Assembly (NCBI RefSeq): GCF_000150275.1
Contig: NW_002060948.1
Span: 2,224,180-2,288,179 of the forward strand
DNA: 64,000 bases
Direction of reading: 5' to 3'
From: Trichoplax adhaerens
Taxonomy: Eukaryota; Animalia; Placozoa
Part shown: piece by piece, positions 13,994 to 27,038 of the stretch
How the letters are laid out: every line of letters starts with the position of its first letter
Position numbering within the stretch: the stretch's first letter is position 1
Position numbers and translations under genes: made by a program
The notes under the pieces: generated by a model
What the model was told of the DNA's origin: nothing
Databases searched by the model: none
What the model saw: the letters and a program-made list of their open reading frames with translations, nothing else

Positions 13994-16900
13994 ATATTAT
14001 ATCTGAAATCAACTGAGAATCCGTTAAAGAGTACAATTAGTTTTATTAGCAATGTACAATATTATTGTACATTAGTATCTTTTCAAGCAAAAATACCTAT
14101 TATTAGATATAGTTATATTCCTTTAATACAATATCGAAGATACAAAGACTTTAAAAGTATGCTCATCTATGCATGCACGGACTGTAAATAAGCGACCCCG
14201 AATACGGGAAAACAAATGATATTTTTCGATTGTAGTTCTATTGAATTGATCTCGTGGCAAGTTGTTTTGATGTATTTGGGGGTAGAATGAGTATGAATAT
14301 TAAAATTGATGCCAAAATGTGATTCTCCGATGCTATTTATATTTAACAAGAGAAAAAATAATTCTCCTTACATGACAGCCACAGTACAATACAGTCTCTA
14401 TCTTTCTACTACAAGGTACCAGACCAAGTATCATAATAATTTTAGTTTGAACACTTTGAGAAAGACTACTACAAATAACAGAGACAATGAGTTTATTACT
14501 TTTTGATATACCAAGGTAATAGCCGAATCAGCCAACGATCTATCTATTTATTAATCGGTCATGTTATCGTTGACTAGTAATTATCTTTAATGGAAGGTGG
14601 AAGTATGATGATTATAAATTAATGAAACAAGTATACTGCATAGAGATAGTCTATCCATCGAATCAATACTGGTTTAGAATAGTGATCGATGTATAAATAA
14701 AATGAACCATATTTAACTCCTTCATTCAAGTCATCATTGCAGGTTAAACACTAGAGTTCCTGTACTTGTGAGACTCAAATTGAAACACTCGATGAAAAAA
14801 CAAAAAAGTGCTTTCTATCTTTAAATAGGACTTGACAGGCACTTATAGTGTCTCCTAATGTTGATTTTAATGATGTATTCCTGTCCGTAGTGTATATGAA
14901 ATGTAATAGAGGAAAATAGTAATAAACTTGTCATACAGCATTGTACATGTTGTAGCTTATATAATTCATTAAATACGGGAACATGAGTTGACATGGCTAA
15001 CATGAATAGACCAATTTTACAACTGTAGCTTTGGTAACTTTATCAATAAACAGATAACTGAGTAAAAATGCGTGAAAATTAAAACTTGGAGAAATTCTAT
15101 ATAGGTACGCTATTAGAGATTGAAAAAAGAAGTATGGAGTAGCTCAATAACGATCTAAAATTAGTTAGCAGGGAAAATATGAAAGATTATTGCGTGTAAT
15201 TACGATATCTTCGGAAAAAAAAAACTGGAGAAGAGTGCCAGAACAATATACCACTGTTCTGTCTTGATAGCATAATAAATGCTAATTTTTACATTGTTGT
15301 AACTATTAAGTCTTCTCATTTCAGGTATCAATGTAACTAGTAGGCTGTGAAAATTATTCAATCTTTCCGGTTACACTATAAAAATAAACAAGGATTCAAA
15401 ATATATACATTTACTATGCTATTATAATTCTCCTGTTTAGATATAATTACGATAATTCACGTGTGAAGGAATCGAGGTATACCAAGCTTTGAAGTTAAAA
15501 AAGAATTTCTAGTTTAGTCGAAGTAAATAAATACAACCAGGAATCTGTTTATTACAATTTAATGCAATAATTCTAAACGATAAGATTTACTATGTGAATC
15601 ATTTGGCGCTTAAAAAAATTTTAGAATTAAGATTAAAGATGCTTAATGCAATTGATGTAGACTAGACAGTGAATACTATATTTATGGCAGTTTAACGCAA
15701 CGTTCTATGCGCTAAGATTTACTATGTCGATCATTTGACACTGGAAAATGTTTCAAAATAAGAATAATGATGAAGAGAAGGTCTTTTTATTCGAAGTAAA
15801 CATGACTTTAACGTCATAATCCTATTTATTTATGAGATTAGTAACGTTATCGGCGGCTTGCTAATGAAATTAATCATGAACAGCATAAGCTTATCCAGTA
15901 CAGTACTGTATAAAATAAAGCAATTATCGTGTATTTGAAAAATTTTAAATGCAATCTAATAGCAACCCTTGTCAGGAAGGATACAGTTCCTTCATTTTAT
16001 AAAAAATTAATGGTGAATTAAGGCAGGAGCAGTTGCTTACTTACTAGTGTGATATCATACGGCAATCATTTCGAAGTCAAAATCATAAATTTTTCGTACC
16101 GTAGTCATCAGCAAAATAAACTGTTTAAAACTTTGTAGAGAAGACTTTAAAGAGATTGTAACACCGATCAAAGCTCTATACCTTACTATATAACGGATTG
16201 ATGTTTATCGATTACTTTTTTCCATCAATGAGTAGGAGAAATTAGGAAAAATCTTGAAAGTTAAAAATCTTGATCAAGGAACTATGTTTCTAAATTAATT
16301 TAAACACTGAACAGCTTGTTTGCAACGTGCTTTTCTTAGATAAATCTGTAGTCGAAATGTGGGAAGGTATTGAAAAATTTAAACTTACACAAGGAGATAT
16401 TTCGATTATAAACTACTACTTTATAAAAGAGAAATTTAGTTTCACTCGTTTACTGCATGCTGTTCTTAGTTGATCAACAATCGGTGTTTGGCTTAGAGTC
16501 GTTGTGTCAGATATACAGCAAATGTTGTTATGATATTTTGATAATAGTAAAAAAATAAGATTAATTGTAGTATTATGTAGCTACTCGGTTCAAGTCGAAA
16601 TTTTCAGCCCATAACTAAAATGTACCCCATGGTGAATCATGTTTTGGAAAGATCTGGTCTTAATTTAAATGCCAAATATGAAAATTTAGAAATGAGCAAA
16701 TAAAAATGATCGAGTAATAGTAATTGAATGCATGTTTGGTACACAAATTACCATGATTAAATACTTATTGTTTGAAGAAAAATATCAACGTTGACCACGC
16801 TAGTGTAGTTAAGAAATTAAAATAAACCGCACGATACTACCATAGATTATAGAGATCAATTTTGCATTAGAGTAAATTCATATCGAGTATAATTTCTGAT

Positions 16901-19127
16901 TGAATCATGATAATTTTAGACACTTGCTATTGACTTACATTTATGTGAGATGTCTAGAATAAATCGATGTGTTTAGTTCACGGAACCTGAATTAGAATTG
17001 TAGTTTTCGCCGCCAGTAATTAGTGACCATCAGTTATCTTGTATCGATCGATTTGGAGTCTCCAATGGATGTTTCCGTAAATGAAATGGAATATTGGATA
17101 ATCTTTACCCTACGAAAGGTACAGATACGCTTCACTATAGCCACTACAGTATGTCTCTAAAAAATCGACTCATAAAATAATCGATTTAGAGGCGAAATTC
17201 TTATAGCTGAATTAATTTCTCTTTGCTTATTGTATTGCAAACCTTTGCTAATGAAGATCCAAGAGGGTTGCACCGATCCAGTTGGACTATCCCTAAACTG
17301 TATACCAAATATACACATATATGCGAGTATTTACTGTACTGGTCGGCAGTAATCAATAATGAATGGCCTAATTTCAAATGAAATATTCGGACAGCACTCT
17401 TCTCATTATATCGTCAATGATGGTGATAAGTCTTAATACTACAGTAGTTCTTTATACATATATATATATATATTTTTCTCCCATACGCGATGGTGACTTT
17501 GTTTTTTACTAAATATAACAGTATTTTTTTCAAATGCTGCGGCCAACATCTGTTAAGTTTTAATGAGAGGTCACATGATGCGATTTATGGCCATAATTCT
17601 GATATTAATCTGTTATTATAAATTAAGCTATGCAGTATCTGGTGGAGAGTGCCATGGCTATACTATAGGAATTCCCATATTTATTCATAGGAAATTTGAC
17701 ATGGTATCCTATGTGCTATGGGTGTAAATTACAGAGGATAGACATACTATTTGTAGGAATATTTACAATTAACTTGTGGATTATAGTGTTAATATTATTT
17801 ATCGTATCCTTATTAGTTATCTTCGATAACAGTAGTAATACTGCCCTATTGCATTTGAGTATTTAGATAGTTTAGTAAACTGATATGTATAGATAGTGAA
17901 TATTGTATGTCGTATAATCGCCTTTACTTTGAACTAATTTTGGAGTAAATAAGTTATTTATGAATTATAATAAGAATAAGAGTAGTCAGGCGATAGGTAG
18001 AAATTTGAAACAAAACTCATGAGCGTGCAGTCAATTACTCAGTAGTATTACGATTGATAGAATTGATTATTTCGAGAACAATATTTGATTTCACTAGATA
18101 TATTCTGAGTAGATTTGTTATTGTGATGCAAAAGTCCAATTTTTTAAAAGCATCTTATGGTATCAAACCGAGTGATTGCAATATAACGTAGTTGATTTCT
18201 AAATCGAAAAACTTTATATTAGAGAAACATGTAGAACAAATCCGTCATTGTATAGTTGTAGTTAGAGTTAGTCAAGGTAACTCTAGTAAGAATTACTCAT
18301 ATCGATTGCTTGAAATGTAGAGCATTCCTTTATACAAGAATATGTGTGTACAATACCGTTGACTAAACAAATTTACTACGGTAATGCAAACACTGTGATT
18401 GATCATAGTTTAGATCGAATACTGACTTGCAATCAAGTATATCCACACATTATTTAAGTCCAATATAGAATTAATAAATAAAAAACAATGATGTGTATAG
18501 CTAGGGATATATATAAAATCGTCCATCTAGAGCTCGCTTATTTCGCCTACCGTGCTAGTTTACGCTGTAATACTGTACTAGTAATAGTCTTTGAATATGC
18601 ACCATATTTGTATTGACGGTTACATCTTCTGAACAAATTGCATTTATAACTTTTGGCTCTTACCTGGGTTAACATTTGTAACAGAAGGAGCTGCACATCA
18701 ATAAAGGGTAGATCGAATATTATTATAAACATGAATAAAACCAATATACTGTAAGCTACTTGTAACTTGGGAAGTGTGTCATCTCAATTTATCCTGATTC
18801 TCCACTGTAATACTGTCGTCTTACATCTACAGCCTAACTTACCCGCTCCCATAATAACAATAAATTTGTTTGCAATCTAGCTCCTTAAAACTAGTTACTA
18901 GAGGATAATTTAGGCACGATTGCAATATGTACATCCTCCCAACGTCGAGATTGACTACAAATAAAACTATCAGGCGAAGGTGCAGTGTTGCGTTTACATT
19001 ATACTATCATAATGCTACCGAGAAAAGACACGTAAACCATTTTAAACAATACGTATTTTATTTTTCTTTCATATAGATTGTGAATGCTTCGGTTTAAAAC
19101 AAAATAACATCATCAGTTATTTCAAAT

Positions 19128-21823
19128 TTATTTTTTGCCAGACTTTTTGCCACCCTTTGCTGGCTTTTTGACAATTTTTCTTTTCTTCTCCAAAAGCTCC
19201 TGCCTGGCCTTTTTATTTGATGCTAGATATGCCTGTCTCTTAGTCGCTGCAGAATGAGGGTTTAGACGTAGCATAACTTTCACATTCTTCAGAGGGTTCT
19301 TCTTAAGTATTGCACGTTTCGGTTTAGACCTATAAATAGTACAAGTCCGAGAAATGATATAAGATAATGATCATCATCACAACCTTTATAGACTATAAAG
19401 TAACCTAAATCACAGTTTACTGTAAGAACATACTTTGCGGGTCTTATGCTGCTTTGTACTTCGTTGGAATTAATGATTCTTGCTATGTCGCTAGTTGTCA
19501 TAATTGAACGCGGTAAGCTATAGAACGAAAATAGAAAAATGTTTAAAATACGATAACTTCATGCTAAATGTAGCTGTTCTCAAAAATATCAAGCAGTAAT
19601 AACTGACTTATAATTCGATTTTTCTTCAGACAATTTTCTCCATGTACCAAAAACTGAGTCTAATTTTTTAAATGCACTTTCACCCCATACACAAAATCTA
19701 CCCATGTGGCCGCCTGGTGCTAGTGATAACAAATTTAATCGAGAAATTTGGGCTAGTTCTACTCCAGGAACGTTACGGAAAGCTTTAACGATTCCTGTTA
19801 AAAAAATTACGCATAATTAGATTTTTAAAGTCCATGCTTTTAACTGGGCAATCGTTTAGGAAATTTTACCGTTATCGGCGTTATAAATGATCAATGGGCC
19901 TCGGCGTTGAACGTAGCGACGGTTTCTCAACTTGCCTTTGCCAGTTCGTAGCGTACGCGAGGCTTTTACCTTTTCGACATCTTGATAGGCATTTACTCGT
20001 TTCAAGAAAGCAACGGCAGCTGAAGTTTTAGTGATAGATTCGACTGAGTCGGATACAACAAGTGGCACTTCTTGGATGTTCTCGATACGGTGACCACGCG
20101 CCATAACAAGTGCAGGTAATGAAGATGCAGCAAGTGCAGAGGCACAAGCGTATCTCCTCTGGGATAAATTGCTTTTTCTAGTCCATCGGCGCCAGACTCG
20201 TGTAGGTGCAAACATACGACCACCACGGCACATCTTTTTATCAGTCAAGGTTTATCACATTCACAATAACTATCATGTCCTATCAAAAAGCTAGTTCCAC
20301 TATCGTAAGCACTCTTACTTTTCAGATATAATTAAATCATGCGATAATGTCGTCAAGTAGATCAATCTCCATTTCTCGTAATCATGCATTTCACATAACT
20401 GGATATCATTTAAGTAAGAAATTATAAACCAACATACTAACGTAAAAATTAATATTACGCAAAGATACGTTGCCATAAGCGGCTTGACCAGATCTGTGGG
20501 TACCACCACCGCGAACACGAGGAATCCTAGCAACAGCTCTTCCTGTACCCCAAGATTCAGCGCTGGTCTGATGTCCAGCTTTTGTAGAAACGGCATAAGG
20601 TTGTCTCTTATTTTTGGCCATGTTGGTATGGACAAACTGGACCAAATCTGGTCTGATTGGTGCTTTAAGCACAGCTGGCATAGGGACAGAAGTAGAAACT
20701 TCTCCCTGATCCGAGTAAACATTTACTAATGGTCTTGCAGCCTGAAAAAAAACCACATATTAGGTACCATATTAACGTACATCCGCGTCTATACGGTCTG
20801 AAGCAAAGTTGATGAAGAAACACTAGTCTATAAATCAAGACAGCTAAACTAATAAGCGTTAGGAGCTAATAATTGAGACAGTTTAGCTTAGCTGATTGCA
20901 ACTACGGTAAGTATCAACTACCAATCCATACACATTCAACGATGCGGAGGGCATAGCGTTGCTATTTTCACACATTAAGAGTCAACGACGTGGTAAAATG
21001 CATTACTCAAGTTCAACCTCTATCAGGATATTTACATCTATAGCGAAATATCAACCTGTCCTACTGATCAAGATACATTTCAACCTTGCAAAGCAATGGC
21101 TAATGCAGCAAGCATAATAATAAGCGAACAGATAAAATCCATTACGCAAATTACAATTTCTATACAAGATATCTTATGCTGTCCATTTAGGGTAAACGAA
21201 AATCCAGTATAGTACTACCGGAATGGCCGGTATAACATCCCGATCAACTAGCATTGAATACAAGGGATCTATTCGGAAATAACACTCTTTTTCACATGCT
21301 TAGCATCGTTAACTACGCAGATTCCTCAGCTTCAAATAACTGTCAAGCAATTGTACTCTATTTTAACACAGTGATGGAGGAGTAGTCCCTTCTTGGCCAT
21401 TGAGACCGTTGAAAGTCAGTTCTACGGAGGGTGTAAAAGAGTTGAGTAACAACTTTGGGCGAACACTAACATTAACATGACTATTTTTTGTAATGAGGCT
21501 TTTAAGCTAACGAAGTTAGTACACATTACTTAGAATAAGATAGAATGTGTAGTCTAGTATCCATGGACAACATATTAACTATCTAATGAAGACTATCGAA
21601 GTGTATCATTTTTAGAAATTGTCCTGTCAAGATGACCACTAGCACGAGCATCACTGTCCGACTTGCTAGCCCATTTCATTATCGATCAAATTTTATCAAT
21701 AACCAAAGTAATGCTAATTTTAATTGGATGCAAAGAATCACAACGAACAAGAGATCAAGTTATCCAAGAAATAAGATCATTTTGAGCAATAGACAAGAAT
21801 ATATCGTGAAAATTACTCACCAT
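19128..21823 (-). CDS. RPL4: 60S ribosomal protein L4 (uL4)
   Basis: Exons: 21821-21823 (ATG|GTGAGT), 20469-20741 ([42 protein letters not shown]), 19870-20233 ([10 protein letters not shown]..), 19608-19794, 19434-19517, 19128-19329 (Lys-rich tail, TAA). Signature uL4 motifs present. Confidence 0.98.
20234..20468 (-). other. U12-type (minor spliceosome) GT-AG intron in RPL4
   Basis: Donor GTATCTTT (U12 consensus GTATCCTT). Branch site CCTTGAC at 20244-20250, about 11 nt from the AG. No polypyrimidine tract (..CCTTGACTGATAAAAAG). Confidence 0.8.
20313..20419 (-). ncRNA. Candidate intronic C/D-box snoRNA
   Basis: 8-bp terminal stem TCTTACTT/AAGTAAGA encloses a C-like box ATGATAT (20403-20409), D'-like TTGA, C'-like TTGACGA (20350-20356) and a perfect D box CTGA (20322-20325). 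D box lies ~90 nt upstream of the 3' splice site of a ribosomal-protein intron. Confidence 0.55.
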
Positions 21824-21840
21824 TGATGCAGTCGATGCGC

Positions 21841-21850
21841 GAAAAGAAGA
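21841..21850 (-). promoter_or_regulatory. 5' TOP / TCT-type pyrimidine tract at probable RPL4 transcription start
   Basis: Minus strand reads TCTTCTTTTC about 18 nt upstream of the RPL4 ATG, as is typical of ribosomal-protein mRNAs. Confidence 0.6.
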
Positions 21851-21945
21851 TGGCTAGAAGAGATCACGACGAAAAGGGAGAATCCCGCAAGGAATGATGG
21901 GATGAATAAGCACATGGATGGCGGCTTGATGCTACAGTGTTTTGG

Positions 21946-22410
21946 TACAGTACAGTACAGTGTACTGTACGGTCCTAACGTGACAAAGTGTGTCCACCCG
22001 CCCTCCATCCAATAATAAATCTGTATTGGAGGTGGGTTAACTCTTACGATACGTTGGATAATAAAGTACAGTATAGAAATTTATAATTGATAGAGACATT
22101 ATAGTATATACAGTATAGAAAATTTGAAAATCTGTTATTTCATCAAGGTGGCCGACCTTTCTGCACACGTACTGTAGTGCACAGTACTTGCTGTAAATGT
22201 ACTGTACTTTTCCAGTCCAGTACCATGTACTGGACTGGACCGTACCGCACCGTACTATACCGTACCGTTCCACACCGAAATGTAAAATCCGACCCGGTCC
22301 GGTCCGGTCTGTAGAAGGTTCGGTTCCGGGGTACCGTACTGTATAGTGTACAGTACAGTACCATGACTGTGCGGTGGATGTTAGTACTGTACGAACTGTA
22401 CTGTACGTAC
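21946..22410. repeat. TACAG/CTGTA/CCGTA pentamer array in the RPL4-GPS2 divergent promoter
   Basis: Runs such as tacagtacagtacagtgtactgtac, ccgtaccgcaccgtactataccgtaccg and ccggtccggtccggtc lie between two head-to-head genes. Confidence 0.9.
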
Positions 22411-22534
22411 GCCATTTTGGAACAGCGAGATCGCGGTCGTGAACTTGACAAGGGCTATTGGTGTTGTTGGATGCCATATTGAATAATAAACAGTCAATCG
22501 AAATTATAAATGTATCTTCCATCTTGGTGTTAGG

Positions 22535-25527
22535 ATGCCTATTGCTACTCATAAAACGATAGTCTATAAGACTCCAGAATTGACTACAACAACGTATGAA
22601 GCTATAAAGTCTTATATTGCACGAAAAAATAGTCAAGAAGGCACAGGTAATTTTGAAAGTCTACACGTATTTACTCTGTAATGTATGTATACAGGTTCGG
22701 CTGTGTAATCTTCATATCAAAATAAATTATTTCCCAGAAGATATTAGTTCTGTCCTTGTTGAAATACGCATCTATTACAATATGGAGAGAGTGTTCGATA
22801 TCGCTATAGATTGTAATTACTGTAGGTTAAACTGTGGATATAGTAATTTTGTGTCTAAAAGTGATCGATGATATATCTATTTTGCAGTCCACTTTTCCAT
22901 ATTTCTTTATGCTACACGTAATGAACCGATGAAATTTATCTTCTCTATTAATGAAATGCAAAGTAAACAGAATGCTGCAGTAGTACTGGTATTATTTTCA
23001 TCAAATGATCATCCAAGTAATTCATAGAATACGACCCTAAATTCATAATCAATTCATGTTCAGTTGCTCTACTTGCCAGTTGTGTACTTTTACTTGTTTA
23101 CAAATACGCGCGTTTATACCGTCTATCCAAGCCTCAAAAATTCAAATTTGTCATCATCCTTATTACTAACAGATCCCGCACTCGTAATACTCGCGTAGTC
23201 CAGACAGTACTTGTACAATTTTGACTTTATGTACTTGCATATCAGTCGTATCCACTGAAAACTACTCACACATATATAATTATCAATGAGGCACTAAATC
23301 TTTCAAAAACTATTCCATTGTTATTAGATGGTAATAAGGAGGAACAAAAGGTAAGCCATCAACACTCCAACGTAGAAGCTAGTTCATCAAACAAGCTAGA
23401 TGCGACCGTGATTCAACAACAGGTAATGGTATCTTCTACCTAGCGCTAGTGACTGTTGGTCTAATAACCCATTGAAAAGTTATAATATTGTAAATTGAAA
23501 TAAGACCACATTTGAAACTTCTTCCTCATTAGTTGTAAATGTAATGTTCGTAAGCCCATAATTATATTGTCAAAGATATTGAAAGTTATTTAAATTTGAT
23601 CTAATTGGTAATGTCCATCAGCTTCAGGCTTTGGAAGTGAAATTGGAGGTATTGAAAGGCAAAAAGCATAATCTATTTCTGGAATTAAAAAAGGTTATTC
23701 ATTATGGAATCATAAGACTTCCTTTCTTACTGCGTTTACATTAGATAAAAATATTTCTTTTCGTCTCAAATATTATTTTATAAGGTATTTGCAAACTTAT
23801 TATATACCGTAATCTATTTTTGATAGGTATTACATGGAGAAGATAATAATAGGAGAAATGTTAAAGAACAAGTGTAAGAATAATTAATATGTAGTTTTAA
23901 TAACGTGTTTACGTATCGCATTTCATAGATCAACATTGATATAACTTACTTTTATTTTAATGGATTATATCCTCAATGAAACGCTTAGTAATGCTGATAC
24001 AAATCCTTCGAAGCCTGCTGCTACATGTAAGAATCTGTGGATAACTCGTTCGTTTAAGATTTTGAGAATTGATACATTGCCTGATCATAATAACCTCGTC
24101 TTCGATTGATATCGTAGTAGTTTTTATACTAGCTGGAAGTAGCCCGGCTTCTATCAATTTAAATACCAATATATCGAAGTACTTTCTTTTAGTAGTAATG
24201 CCGTGGTTGCTAAGTAAAGCATTAAGAAATGATTGCTTTATTAGGCATAAATATGATAAATGCATTAAAAACCACAACAAGGTGAAGGTTATTATATAGT
24301 TTACCGTGACATATTGAAAATCTTCTTTTTCAGCAACTGAAGCGGAAGGCAACAGTAAGCCAAGTTCTGCAGACAGCGCCCATGGAGAAATTTCTGCGGT
24401 ATCTACCTTATATACTATTAACGATTTACTATCTCGTGTACTTCACTAATGAGTGCTACTCTTTACGCTTTTACTAATAAATTTATGTTTAATGAACTAG
24501 TATAAATCGTAATGAATAACAATTTCTTACAGATCGAAACCATCACTACTACTGTAAAGCGTGAACGTGATGACTCTACTAATAATGATGTAACTCCATC
24601 GCATAAACAGATGAAGTATTCTATGCTGCAACAAAATTATCCTTATAGCCCCTTTTACATGCAAAACTATCGGCATTTTAACCATAATAAAAATTACCGT
24701 TCTCCACAGGTTATTAACACTAGCAAAAAATTATTATAGAGTTACTTGGTTCAGATTCCGATAACATACTCTTTCATAAACTATTAGAAAAATCCAGAGG
24801 AGCAGTCATTTACGAGACCAATACATGTCCACCCACACCTTGCTCATGGAATATCTCCATTCCATCTTCAACAAAGATTTGCAACCAACCCTCAACAACT
24901 TCTTCCTCAACAGGTTTTATATTTAGTAAATTGTATTGCGATTACATTTCCGATAGTTTTATGATAAATACGCTGTCGCTTCGGTATGGGCATAGGGAAT
25001 GAGGTATCACAATAATACTGAATGGTTAAAAATAACTCTTGTTGATATTGTAGCCGTCTCCAATGTTTTTTCCTGGTCAAATGCATCCTCTACTAATGCC
25101 ACAGATGGGACTAGTACGTAAAATTTTATTCACCTAATTCTTCTATGTTATGCGTTGGTATGATTATCAACGCTGTTATAGTTTCATGGATTTAATGTGA
25201 ATGTAATAGCCATTATGGTAATAACAAATAAAATTAACAATATTATTCCTTTTGCAGCCGCCCAGAGAAATGCCTAATTTGCGTAAGTAATCAGTGGTAT
25301 CAACACAAATTTACTGTATTCGATAACTACTTAGCCTGTAATCGTAAATACGTACATGAATGTTGTATGGGATTACGTATTTGTTAATGTACGGTTGTGT
25401 TATTTCTTACAATATGAATATTTTCCGACATGTAGCCGTCTATCCAGCAGTCTCTAGTTATCAACCAGTGCGAACAACTCCTCCGACCACCCAACATGAC
25501 ACCACCGTCAGTAGATGGCAGTCGTGA
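22535..25527 (+). CDS. GPS2: G protein pathway suppressor 2 (NCoR/SMRT-HDAC3 complex subunit)
   Basis: Exon 22535-22646 MPIATHK..PELTTTTYEAIKSYIARK; 23622-23693 LQALEVKLEVLKGKKHNLFLELKK; next exon VLHGEDNNRRNVKEQ (compare GPS2 EKHQLFLQLKKVLHEEEKRRRKEQ). Pro/Gln/His-rich C-terminal exons end at TGA 25525-25527. Confidence 0.85.
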
Positions 25528-27038
25528 TAAGCCCCCTTTCTACTCCATAATTTAAAATTTAGCCCATACTGTAATTATTTGACTATGATTACATGAATTG
25601 GGTAAATTTAACTGCAATTCTTTGTACTGTATATAGTGTTCTTATTTGTCAGAATAAATTAAATTTCGGCACTCAGCTCTGAATATCTCAAGGCGATGTT
25701 ACCGTAGCGGTTGCTCTATCTCCGTATTCTTTATTCATTAAATCGTATCGAAATACTCAAATAATTAATTCCTACGATTAATAAAATTATTTGCGATCAG
25801 TATTTATGCTCATTCCTTCTTTCGTAAATGGATTGCTATTAAAAAAATCGTTAATTCTCAAGATTAGTAAAGTACTAAGTTTCAGGTATTGTAATTATTG
25901 AATTAAATTTATAATAGTAGACCCACATTAATTGTTAATATGCAAACAGTTTAAGTAAGTAGTGCAAAATTAAGAAAGAGGTACAGTTCTTTAGCAAAGT
26001 GCTCTTGTAGCATGATTAGGTGAATACTCGCAGCATGTTCGTGTAGCTTGATAATCTTACCATTAGAAATAGTATTTGAATAGACTTGATATTATTAAGA
26101 GCGAATTTCGATCACAAAATTTGCATGAAATTCCTTAAAAACGTACACAACGATATAAAGTATTTACAGTTGATGAAAGTTTATGCTTTAGTGCAACTTT
26201 ATTTTTCCTATAATTTACTTCCGTAGCATTGATAGTTGTAAAAATTCGAGAATCTACTTCCAGAAGAATCTTGTCTTTTAGACTAGTAGAATTCGCAATA
26301 ATTACATAGGTTAAGCAAACGCAATAAGATCTTATTTAATATGTTTTCAAGTATTATAGATTCTCGAATTGAAATGTTAATAGCAAAAATTGTTGACAAA
26401 TCGAGTTGAATAATCTCCGGTGAATTGTAGATGAACTTTGATTGATGTCTTAGAAACAATTTCGTAAAAGATAATCCGATTAAATATTGTAAAATATATA
26501 ACAATTATCGTACGATTAAATTGGAAATTCACTGAAAATTGTATCTTTAGTCAGCAATAGTTTGAATCGCCAGAGCAACACGCAAATCGATGTGTACTTG
26601 CAAGCTAAAGTTGGCATAATAATAAACTGTGATAAAGTTCATTATCCATTAGCATCCAAAGTGGAAAGTGCTATAAATATTGGCTTGTCTTAAAGTGTAT
26701 TTACTATCATTCTAAAGTACATACGCGTATATGCTTAATAAATTTTCTGTACTATGATGTGATGGCATAAGAAAAATTAAAATATTTGTTATTGCCATCT
26801 TGATATATCTTGCTTAACAGTGCTGCGTCAGAAATTTTTAATATAAATTATACAGTAATAGCGGCATTATCACCCAATTTGTTGTGATAGTTTACATTTA
26901 AAATTTTTAAGCAATAAGATACGTTTTGTATGAAACATAGAAGTTAACCGTAGTCTTATTATAGAATTTGTAATCATTTTAAATTTCTGGTATGGTGGCA
27001 TATCATGCATTTATAAGCGTTAAGTTAGTTCAAAGAAT

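Noticed and set aside
19330-19433. U18-like snoRNA in the last RPL4 intron (contains GTGATGA)
   Set aside because: No CTGA box D, no terminal stem and no U18 guide (TGGTCCGTGTTT).
22037-22636. 199-aa ORF and similar YSTV/YCTV-rich ORFs (31032-31911, 41739-42092, 46995-47279, 57437-58260)
   Set aside because: These are translations of the stop-poor pentamer arrays with no protein-like features.
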